The notes beneath the pieces are model-generated. The model was given only the letters and a program-made list of their open reading frames with translations. It ran no database searches and was not told where the DNA came from. Below are positions 27,560 to 38,144 of a DNA stretch of 64,000 nucleotides, in pieces (positions within the stretch are counted from its first letter, which is position 1; every line of letters starts with the position of its first letter). The translations under genes were made by a program, and so were the position numbers. Source of the DNA: Cycas panzhihuaensis (lineage: Eukaryota > Plantae > Cycadophyta); contig CM041465.1 of assembly GCA_023213395.1 (NCBI GenBank), forward strand, positions 93,255,741-93,319,740, given 5' to 3'.

Positions 27560-27564
27560 CTATT

Positions 27565-29936
27565 CCACATCAAGGAGGCCCTATCTATCCACAAGAAAGG
27601 CCATCATTTTAATAACCAAGCTAATTCTATTAATAGAATTAGAACTTAAGACCCACTCAGAGCTAACGATAGTAGAATGGATAGTAGTTCCCATCTAGGA
27701 ATCAAAGAAACCTTAGTAATCAGCAAGAAGCCCATGTGGTAGACACCTAGGACACCACCTCTCAAAACCTATTTTTTATAGTAATGTCATCTCAACATGG
27801 TGACAACTCATGGTTATTTGACTCAGGTACCACTCACTACATGACTAGCATAAAAAATATATTAAAAGAGACCTATCCCATTAGCATACAAGCAGTCACA
27901 TTTGGTGATAACCTGACATATAATGTGACTAAAATTGGAAAGGACCTAATAGTATTAAAAGAATCTAATATAAGGTATCATATAAATAATGCCTTCTTAG
28001 TTCTATGCATGAAAATTAATTTGTTTTTAGTCAGTCAAGTGAACAAGTAATTTTGGATGTTTACTTTAGTTAGGACATCTGTACCATCATAGATCATGCA
28101 ATTGGACAACTTGTAGTAATTGGTCATGAAGATGATGGCTTATATAAGCTTGACAATATTCCTATAGCCACCAATCCACTAATAACATCATGTTGAATGG
28201 CCTCAAATGCATAGCTTGATAAGAGGAAAGATATCATGATGGAAGACTCCCCTTTTGTCCAATAACTAGGTGAATGCTCCTACTCAAATGAACCATCTAT
28301 CTCTAATAATGCCAGAGACTAGTTATGTCATCAACACCTGGGTCAGTTGAATATGCAAAATTTAAACCTCATGTCAAGGATTCATATGGTATATGGCCTA
28401 CCCAAGATTAAGAGATATAGTAGCATTTGTGAGGCATATCTTGTAGGAAAGCAACAAAGAGAAAAATCCCTATCTAAGAATGCATGGATAGCCTCCCAAC
28501 CATTAGAGTTGGTCCACTCAAACATTTGTGGGTGGGTCTATGTCAATATAATCACTCAATGGTAGCCTATATTTTATGATATTCATAGATGATTATTCTA
28601 AGAAAATGTGGGATTACTTCTTGAGAAATAAGTACTAAGCCCTAGATAAATTCAATGAGTTCAAAGATGAAGTAGAAAATGAGAGTGATATGACCATGAA
28701 GACACTCAGATCTGATAATGGTGGCTATTATATTTCTAATCAATTCACCAATTTCTATAAAGAACATGACATCAAATTCTAATTTTTAGCACCTTACATA
28801 CTACAACAAAATAGTGTAGCTGAGAGAATGAACCAAACCTTTGTGAATAAAAGAAAAGCCATGCTAAGTACTGCCAATGTCACCACTAGATTTTGGATTA
28901 ATGTAATTATGATTATTGTATATCTAACTAACAGGAGTGTCACTATGGTAGTTAAGAATATCACTCCTAAGGAATCTTGGTCAAGACTTAAACCAATTAT
29001 TACGCACTTGAAAACATTTAGATGCATGGAATACAAATGTATTCCAAAGGAGAATAAAAAGAAGTTTGATAATAAAAACCTTAAGTACATCTTCCTTGGC
29101 TATGTACCTACTTATAAAGCCTACAAGGTGTTTAACATTATTGGTAAATAAATATACACAACTCAGGATGTCATCTTCATAGAAGATACACATGACCTAA
29201 ATTCTCCTCAAATTTAGTTTATAGTAAAAGATAAAGTTTGTGTGCTTCAAGTGCCTCTTAGACAAATTTTAGAGCTACCAGTACCAGCCTCCTCCAACAC
29301 ACTAGGCCCTTTATCAATTCCAACAATCTTCACTTTTACAACAAAAGCAAGCATAACTATGCCACCTATTTTAGTTGATAACCTTCAAGTGGAAGCTACC
29401 AACATTCAGCCACATTCCAAGTAAGTTCAACAGTTGTTAAAGGATACTCCTCCTCCTCCCATAATTGACAAAAGGCCATCAAAGATGAGATAGTCTACCA
29501 ATTTTTCCCTAATGGCATATGTCTTAGAAACCATTAAACCTTCTATATTTGAGAAGGTAGAGAAAGACCAAACATGGAAAGGAACCATAGATGAAAAGAT
29601 AAAATCCATCCTCAAAATAAAACTTGGAAACTAACAGATGTGCCACTTGGAAAGAAGTTAGTTAACAGAAAAAGGCTTTATAAAGTAAGATTCCATGCCA
29701 GTGGCCCTATTGAGTGTAATAAAGCTCTCTTGGTATTGCAGAGTACCTTCCTAAATAGAAAGCTTACAAAAGAAGTTCTCTTACAATAACCTCCCAATGA
29801 CTTCATCAACTAAGTTCACTGACCTACTAAGGACTAGGTTATAGACATCTTCATCAAAGCACTTAGCAAACCAAAGTTTGAATGATTTTAACATGACCTC
29901 AACATCAAATGTAATAAAGTTTCCATTAAGGGAGGG
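27565..29936 (+). pseudogene. Ty1/copia remnant (gag tail, protease, integrase, internally deleted RT and RNase H), Copia-4
   Basis: ORF 27784-28050 (WLFDSGTTHYMT); HQHLGQLN; MKTLRSDNGG; QQNSVAERMNQT; DIFIKALSKPKFE; PPT AAGGGAGGG at 29928-29936. Confidence 0.92.
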
Positions 29937-30266
29937 TGTTAAAACTTATAATGTTAGCTTCATTACCATGTAATTTACATGTAGATGTGTATAGTTGTGT
30001 ACTATAAGTGGCCCTTATTTGTAATTTACCTATAATTTACAAGTGTGTCAAGTTCGCAGCTTGTGTTGATATATCAACTAATTATATTGTTGTAAACTTT
30101 GGTAATGCGCTTATAAATTAAGGCCCACTCACTTCATTTATACATTGGATCATTTGTAATGTGTAAACTCTACTAGATTAGAGCCTCATAGAGTGACAAA
30201 TTTACTATGATCATTTGTACATCTCTATTGTGTTCATTTTAGCTTGATTATCATATTATTTCAATA
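29937..30266 (+). repeat. 3' LTR of Copia-4
   Basis: TGTTAAAA directly after the PPT, TATAAAT near 30112, probable end TTTCAATA; not similar to LTR-A. Confidence 0.65.
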
Positions 30267-30825
30267 GCTTACTTTATATTTTGATGAATGTATATAATAT
30301 TTAGATCCTAAAGCAATTTTTTTAGTTCTTTCTTTGTTTACTCTCTAATCATTCTTTAATCCCCAATAATAGTTTCAGGACCCATTGCCCATGTTGATTC
30401 CTTTATAATGTTAAGGGTTTAATTTTATCTACTTGTTATGATGTCTTCTCTTTACAAACAGCCAACTTCTTTCTCTTTAGATCTCATTTTAATATTTTAG
30501 TTGTTGACCTTTGTACATGGCATCATTTCTCCTTATTTTTAAAATATGCCAAAATCCCTAAATCCCTCTAAAAATTATCAAGAAGCTTTAACACAAGATT
30601 GAGAAGATCTTAGTTAGAATGGATATATTCATAAAAGGATAATGGATTAATAAATTCAACTCCATATTATTATAAAAATTCTTTGAAGAAATTTAGTGTG
30701 GGCTAACCCTCTAGCTTTTCAAAATCCTTATGTATTTATTATGTATAATATGTTTCAAACCCTTACATGAGCCACATCAACTTCCATTAAAATTTTTGTT
30801 TCTATATCCTTTACTATAATGAATG

Positions 30826-33392
30826 TAAAATGCTTACCATGGGGTGGTATCCCTACGTTTAGCAAGAGGACTGGTTATACAAGATTAGATTAGGCTAAAT
30901 AGTAAGGACTCACCTCGTAGGGCATCCGTGTACCGGAGTGTGGATTTGGGACCTACAGAGGTGTCTAGTTTCTTTTAGGTAGCTACACAAGACGAGGCCT
31001 TCCTACCCCTCAGATGGTCGGGAAGAGGAGGAGAGAACCTGGCACATTGTGTCTTCTCAAGTAAGTGAGAAGGTAACACGAGAATGGGAATGTATGTAAA
31101 ATGTGGCATCTAGGTGTAGGCTGGCTAAAGGGGCAAGGTGTGGGTAGTTCTAACATGAAATGAACTATCTAAATATGCTAGACTAACTACTAGATAAAAG
31201 ATATATAAAGCAAAAGTATGTTCTTTTCCTCTTTTAGTTTCTTATGTGTTTCTAACTATGCAAGCATGTGCATAAAGTACAACATCATAAAGGAAACATG
31301 CAAGGACAAGGAAAATACCTAGACCTAGCATCTGAATGGAGCACTACACGTCTTTTCGCTTCCTGCTCCACTTGTTGTGCATGCGATACCGGTCAGTGAT
31401 GGATGCCGTGAATGACCAAAGAGGGGCTAGCTTACCTCCTCAATATGTGGAAAAAGTGAATGGTAAATAACAGAAAATGACAAAAAGTGTTAAATATGGA
31501 ACTAACCTGCAATGGGTTTGTTCCACACGCGACTCCACTGATGCGAGATCCTACAAATCAAATAGATGAGTATCTCCCTCTCGAAAGAGGGGCCATAAAA
31601 TAGATCGAGTATATGTACTAAACTTAGAGGAAACAAAATCAAACTAAGCTAAGCATATATATTATTATTTAATGACATAACATTCAGTAAAGTTCTCACA
31701 AACAGTTACCGCAAATGACACCCAAAATGAAGAGTATGGCCTCGGAATGCCTAACTCACCCACAAGAAATCTCCACTTAGTCTCGGGAAAGGGAAACAAA
31801 CTCTCAACAAGGACATGGGGGCAGTGAATAATGAGAAAGAAGAGGGTAACTAAAAGGTATGCAAACACCCAAAGAATGAGATGCTACGGACAGCAAATCA
31901 TCTAGTTGGGCGTCTTGCAAACTATTAACCGGCAGGAAGTGGTTTTGGGGCTTATGCGGTGCCCAAAACCAATGGACGAAAATCTAAAACAAGCGTGGAA
32001 ATGGGCTGCCAACGCTGATTTAGATCTAGAAAAAAGCCTCCAAATTCCCTAACCAGATTTCTAGAAAGGCACGAAGGTGCAAAGGGAGAGAAAGTAAGGG
32101 ACTGAACCCTTGGGGAGAAGGGCAGTAAGGGGGACTGGCCCCGCCTTCTTCCCTCTAACTTTCCCTATGTTATCCCCTTGTAACAGCCACCTAAAAGTGG
32201 GCTGGCAGGAATGATGGGGGAGCTCTATGCTGCAACAAGCAAGAAAGCTAAAGATAAACAGGCATAACAACTAAAAGGCACATAAACTAGGAATTTACTC
32301 ACAAAAAATGGAAAGAAATAGTATGTATTTCAAAGTGAATATGAAGGTACCTTATTGTGAAGAGAAGAAACATGAACTTGCTAGAAAATGGCAGGAAAAA
32401 ACTAGCATCTAGTAAGATATGATGGCAAGTTTAGAAGAGGAGAGAAATGTGAGAATGATCATGTGAGTTTGGAGCCTTTGAAGCTTGTCTTTTTGGGAGA
32501 CTTTGAAGAAGATCCTCCTTGAAGCCTTGAAGACCTGCAAATAGATGTAGAGCTTGTTGTTCATGAGAAATAGGGGCAGCAATGGTCCCTTGTAATGAGC
32601 TAGCAACTGTGTGTGTCTCTCTGCAGTAGTTTTCTGTGGAGGGTTTTGTATAATTCTGTGTAAAAATGAGCAAAAGATTCTTGAAAATTAAAAGAAAGTT
32701 TTGTTTTATCCCTTGCTCACTACAGGTGAACGTTGGGGATCTCAGGGCGCTGCAAATATACAGATGCCACATGGCAGTTTCATGAAAAAAGTAGAAATTA
32801 TTGCGTAATTTTTAAAAAAAAATTCAAATAGTCACCTCGCAGTAAACTTTGCGGTACCGTGGCAAAGATCGCAGTGCCGCTAAGTTCATAACAGTACGAG
32901 ATTGGAAACAAAAAATAAGTAAGAATAAGCATAAATAAGGGTTTGGAGTTAATATTAAGAGTAAATTAAGGCTAAAACAACTGGGGAGAATACCCAGGTG
33001 ATGGGCAAGTAGCTAAGAAAGTAAACTAGGTCTCAACTAAGGATTCAGTCAGACTTAAAAGAGACTGTAACACGAGCAAGGTGTCATAATAGGGGCGAAC
33101 ATGATTGGCTGAAGCATCCTGAGGGGTTATAAAGACGAAATGGGTGGCTATGCGGCATATGGGGTGTAGCATTCGCTAGAGAATACCCTTATTATGAGTC
33201 GTCATAAGCTGAAAGCATGTTGTAAGTGCATGTAATATGATCAAGCAAAGAGGCAATGCATGCAGGTAGGCATGCGTCAAGCAGTCTGTACTAAATGACC
33301 TCCGCCAAGTAAGAGTAGAGAGAAGTGAGAACGTATACTTGAGCTTACCTAAGTCGATGCGTCTTGAGTCCATTCTCGGTAGCCAGGAAACA
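30826..33392 (-). repeat. 3' LTR of the Tat-like element (2567 bp)
   Basis: Direct repeat of 44985-47549; plus-strand termini T(A)AAA...AAACA. Confidence 0.95.
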
Positions 33393-33404
33393 CTGCCCCC
33401 TTGG
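33393..33404 (-). other. Polypurine tract of the Tat-like element
   Basis: Minus strand reads CCAAGGGGGCAG immediately before the LTR start TGTTTCC. Confidence 0.85.
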
Positions 33405-33759
33405 TAGTAGAGCCTCACTGCTCAGAAGCATGACGTCATAGCGAATGCTGACAACCCAAAACATCAGTAGCATATGTATATATATATATATATATACACA
33501 AACAAATATGAACAGCATATGGACCAAGGGTGTTAGCGAGTATCGTGGCGGAACGTATGGACAAGGGAGACGGAGACGAGGACAACATAGGGGCTGCCTA
33601 CACCTCGTCTAAGCATCAACCTACAAGTGAATAGAGCCAATGAAGGGGATGCCCCCGTTGCTGAAGTGTAACAAGTGATAGGAGAGCATCCAGTAAAATG
33701 AACAAGCACATCGAACTAAAAGCGACTAGAGACTCGGGCATGGGCTGGCCAGGCAAGCC

Positions 33760-34182
33760 TCAAAGACGGTCACTAAGAAGAGGGAGATGATGCTCAAGAA
33801 TGAGACGGATGAGGCTGTCTACCTCAGCATTAAGGTCCCAAGGGATGTGCTGAATATCAACTAATGTGAAGTGGGCCAAGAGAGACCTGGCGACTGAAGC
33901 GAGGGTTCTCAGGTGAGGGCATTGCACCTGGTAAACCTGGGTGAGATGGGACACCATAACCTGAAAATCACAAAGCAACACGATGGATCCGCGATCGAAA
34001 CAGAGAGCATCGGTAAGGGATTCAATAACGGCTGTGTACTCAGCTTCGTTATTGGTTGCCTTGGGAAGGAAGACCCTGGAATGCAGGAAATCATGTCTGG
34101 AGGGGCTACGAAGAATCCATGCAGCGGCGGAAGGTCTGGGGTTACCGTGGCTTCCACCATCGGTAAATATATAGAGGGGCAT
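33760..34182 (-). CDS. Stand-alone additional RNase HI-like (aRH) ORF, 140 aa
   Basis: FTDGGSHGNP, ATNNEAEY, LCDFQV and HIPWDLNAEVD: all four acidic catalytic positions present; uninterrupted ORF with ATG. Confidence 0.9.
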   Translation of the reverse strand: MPLYIFTDGGSHGNPRPSAAAWILRSPSRHDFLHSRVFLPKATNNEAEYTAVIESLTDALCFDRGSIVLLCDFQVMVSHLTQVYQVQCPHLRTLASVARSLLAHFTLVDIQHIPWDLNAEVDSLIRLILEHHLPLLSDRL

Positions 34183-34709
34183 GTTTGAATACTAAACCTT
34201 GGTAGGAAATAAACTCTGATGAAATGAAAGGGATACTCAAAAAGAATAGGCAATAAGTGGTCATGAAGGGTAGGAGGACCTAGTCATGAGGTTACCTAAG
34301 GACAGGAGTAAGTAATTCGACCACCATCTAAGAGCGGATGGAGAAAAGATGCCATGGGGCACCAAAGGTTACTTTGGGAAGTAAAACATGCCCCCGGATG
34401 AGGGAGCATTCCCTTTGGGGACCCCAGGAGTAGAAAAGGGCTGCAGAAACAAGCCCAGGATGGTGAAACAGGCTAAACAAGTATAAACTCGGGCATGCAC
34501 AGGAGTGACACGTAAAATGAGGTAAAAGGGCCCTAGAAAAGGTGCAATAATGGGGTGCCATAAATGCTCTTACAAGAGAGGAAAAAAAGGTTGTCAATAG
34601 AGCACAACGGGTGACAGGGCCAGAAGGCAAAAGTGATCAGGGAAACGGGATGGTCCCAATGGCTGTCGTGAGGTTAAAAACGGAAGAAGTGCCTGTCGGG
34701 GCCCCCACC

Positions 34710-34717
34710 TATATAAG
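34710..34717 (+). promoter_or_regulatory. TATA box candidate for the antisense PMD gene
   Basis: CCTATATAAGG about 165 bp upstream of the ATG at 34877. Confidence 0.55.
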
Positions 34718-34876
34718 GAAATCGAATGGAAAATGGATTCATTTTCACCAGCTCTCGTGAGAAACCAGAGTCATCTCCTTACGTAGCAGAGCACCACCCA
34801 ACTTTGAAGGCACGCAGGGGATGATCTGATCGTTGGATCGAAACACAGCGAGAGCCAATGAGATCGTCGAGACGAG

Positions 34877-37319
34877 ATGGCGACGGCCAGGCCAGATCTA
34901 GTGAGTGCATCTCACAAAACCTTCCCCATTTCAAAGTTTGAAATTCATCACTTTTTGTCAATTTTTATGCAATTTTTGCATCCCTTCTGGGTAATTGGAG
35001 GCCTCTTAAAGTTTGAATTAGATCCAGAAAGAGGCGAGACCTGGGCATTAGGGAGCCCTTATCCCAGTGGGCCCCATGGGGTCCACCACAAGAATTTTTT
35101 TTTATTTTCTTAGGCAGAAACCCTCCCTTTTAGGGGGGTTGCCATTCATACCATGGTGAAGATTGCAGTGCCACGATCTTTACTGTGGGGTCCCCCGATC
35201 GCTGCAAGACCCGTGCTAAACTTAGCGGTACTGCTAAGTTTGGCATGGTACGAAGGCAGAAAATCAGAAAAAATAAGATGAGGGGCCACAAGGCCCCAAA
35301 TCTCAGGCAAAGAAAGTTGAGAGATAGCCAGGGGTATAGATGACTACTAGGATGCTGACTTTGATTGATTTTTGGTGTTGACAGGTAGTTATCGCAGTGG
35401 ATAACCGCGAAAATGTCTGCATGGTGATGTTGAGTTATATTGAGATGATATCCTAGGGGGACAAGGAGATTCTACGGAGGTGTGGCCTATACAAGGCCTT
35501 GAAGACACCTCAATTTGCATCTGATCATAGGCTTCTAGTCAACATAGTGTCATACTGGGATCAGAGGAGGCACGTGTTCCACTTGTTGTAGATAAGCGAT
35601 GTGACAGTGACACCAGGAGACATCTGACATATCCTGGGGGTACCAGCGACTGGGAGGCTGGTGACATTGGGAGCGCTGCCTAGCATTAAGGTAACACATA
35701 GAGAGGCAGCCACATTCTTCACAAGGGTCGACAGGTGGGAGCAGAGAGGAGTTCCTCTCTAGATTATGCTAATGTCGAGGATTCCTCGGGTGAGAAAATT
35801 GATCACACTGTATATTTTGTTCCAGATTTCCCAGAAATAGAATTACAAAGAGATACCCAGAGGATGGATAGATGCAATATGCCGCTGCGAAGGTGGCGAG
35901 AGATTGGACTGGGCAACTATGATAGCGGCGAACCTCATCGCACAACTCGATGCCATCAGAGTGGCAGGAAAGGGAGGACTCTCTTACAGCACGTTGCTGC
36001 AGTGCTAGTTCTTCGATCACATCATGGTAGTGGCACTAATGGGGGGACCACACCCCATAGCAGAGTGGGCTCTAATGGTCCACAGATGGTAGACTCGACT
36101 GAGGGGGACGGAGGACCAGGCCCACGTCTAGCAATCAGTGGAGGCGACATTACTGGACCTCCTCACCATGATAGACTATGTGGCAAATCCATACAGGACG
36201 ATGAGGTGGGATAGTGATGATGAGGCAGGCAGAGCAGGAGTACCCATAGATAATGATGACGATGATGATGACACTAACGGAGGAGATGGGGCCAGCCCAT
36301 CACGACCTGCAGGAGAGGTAGGTCCATCGAGGTCGATAAGAGGAGTAGCGGGACCATCCAGGACTACCGGAGGAGAGGCAGGCCCATGAGGGACAACTAA
36401 GGAGAGTAGGGGGCCGGTGACTAGGGCCTGCAGGCTACGGGTCATGAGGAGATCTAGAGAGACAGGAGTTGAGCTGGTCCCTACGAGGAGAGAGGCCCAG
36501 GCAGAGGAGGTACCCGAGGATGAGGTACCCACAACTAGCAGAGAGCTAGGAGGAGAGGACGTCGTGTAAGTAGAGGAGCTAACGGCCATAGCAGGTGAGG
36601 CCTAACCATTTCCTTAATCGTTTGACAGCTAGGTAGATATTTGATTTTATTTTATCGTGGTATGAAGTGGGATATTCACTGACACATGACATGTTGCATT
36701 GTCAGGTACTACAGAGGTTAGGAGACTAGTAGAGGCCATGGTGAGGGAGATGTTCCCTCAGGTGTATGCAGAGGGGCAACTGCCCATCCAGGCAAAGGAT
36801 GCACCTAGATCGGTAGGTGCTCATATGGAGGCATTCACCTTGTTGGTAAGGGCGAGAGACATTTGGGCTGCAGAGTCCCAAGAGCACATAGCTTTTAGGG
36901 GACAGATGCAGCGGGAGCTCGACGAGGCGAGGAGTGAGCGAGATAAGCTGCGCAGATGGGTCCAGGCTCTAGAGGCATAGGGAAGAGCAGGCGAAGATGC
37001 AAGGAGCATGGTCCAGATAGCGGTGCTAGAGGAGCACCTCAGAGCGATAGAGGAGAGATTCTAGAGTATGGAGGAAGGACTTTAAGGATTGAGGGATTAT
37101 ATCCAGGCTCAATATGATTAGCTAGTGGACCAGATGGCGTCGAGGTCGAGCAGGAGCAGGGCATACACTCATACAGCAGCGACAACCCCGAGATGGCCAC
37201 GTGATGAGGGGAGCGAGGCAGGTAGCTCATGGAGGCCCAGGAGGAGCCTCAAAGGGATGTGGTCCCCAGGAGAGGGATCACACGGGCCAGGAGATGGTAC
37301 CCTAGGAGTGGGGCAGTAG
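34877..37319 (+). pseudogene. Three-exon plant mobile domain (PMD, aminotransferase-like) gene antisense to the retroelement; exons 34877-34900, 35385-36594, 36706-37319 (616 codons, several point-mutation stops)
   Basis: Introns GTGAGT...TTGACAG (34901-35384) and GTGAGG...TGTCAG (36595-36705) join all exons in frame. PMD motifs DHRLLVNIVSYWDQRRHVFHL..SDVTVTPGDI*HILGVPATG, LDWATMIAANL and GGLSYSTLLQC*FFDH; then an acidic GPS-repeat linker and a coiled-coil-like tail. Confidence 0.85.
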
Positions 37320-37761
37320 TAGTGTAGGAGATATGTATATGATTTTGACAGGGGAAAGCACAGGCCTCTAAGGGATCATATATAGGCTCATATGATTGTT
37401 CTCCCCTTGCAAGAACACCAGCTTCCCATATGTATAATGTAACATATAATTTTTGATGTATATATATACGGGGTAATTAGAACCCCATTTTAACATTAGA
37501 TGGTGTGTATATCATGTGGTAGATAGCATGTATCCTTTGTTTTGTATGTTGTAAATGTTTTATTATAAGTATTTTATTATAAGATGCATGTATTTCCTTC
37601 CATGTATGGCTATATGTCTAACAGGAGCACACACATCCACCGTAAGTAGAGGTGATAGAGATGTATGAGGTTAGATATAAAGTGACATGCACATCCACGG
37701 AGGAGCATAGTAGAATATGCCAAGGAAACAGCAGGCAGGAGAGAAGGGAGTAACGGTACTC

Positions 37762-38120
37762 CAAAGCGTCATCCTAATTGGCAGATGCCCAACTAGAAAA
37801 ACAAAAGTTCCCGAGAGGATACGGGGACACGGGTTCTGTGAGAGGAACCAGAAAGAAAAGCAAGAATCCATCTTAAACTACCATTCTACCCATGGTTGGG
37901 AAGGATGGGAACAACCTAAGATGGTAGTTTAGGCTCATTTCGGAGCATCGTCCTAGTTAGAGGATGCCCAAATAGGAGGACAAAGTCCCAAAGGAAATAG
38001 GAACACAGGTTCCATGGGAGGAACCAGAAGGAGATGAGGAAGACCATCTTAAGTCGTCATCCTACCCATGGCTGGGAGGAACGGGAAGGAACTTAAGGTG
38101 GTAGTTTAGGCTCATTTCGG
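37762..38120. repeat. Two tandem ~180-bp repeats in the internal non-coding region
   Basis: Both units contain GATGCCCAA...GAGGAACCAGAA...CTACCCATGG and end GGTAGTTTAGGCTCATTTCGG (near 37943 and 38120). Confidence 0.85.
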
Positions 38121-38144
38121 CATTGTGAAGGGATTGCTAAAAGA

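Noticed and set aside
25954-30266. LTR-A as the 5' LTR of Copia-4
   Set aside because: The Copia-4 3' LTR (29937-30266) shows no similarity to LTR-A, and the CTATT TSD closes the insertion at 27559.
33475-33500. (TA)n microsatellite
   Set aside because: Short, common simple repeat with no further structure.
31665-33527. Short ORFs in the LTRs (also 45362-47530) as protein genes
   Set aside because: No recognisable motifs; they recur only because the LTR is duplicated, and several differ in extent between copies.
35735-37230. ORFs 35735-36214 (+), 35769-36020, 36176-36589, 36821-37009 and 37039-37230 (-)
   Set aside because: Alternative-frame or antisense shadows of the GC-rich PMD exons.
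34877-37319. PMD gene as a host MAIN/MAIL-like gene
   Set aside because: It lies between the paired LTRs of one element and has decayed along with it.
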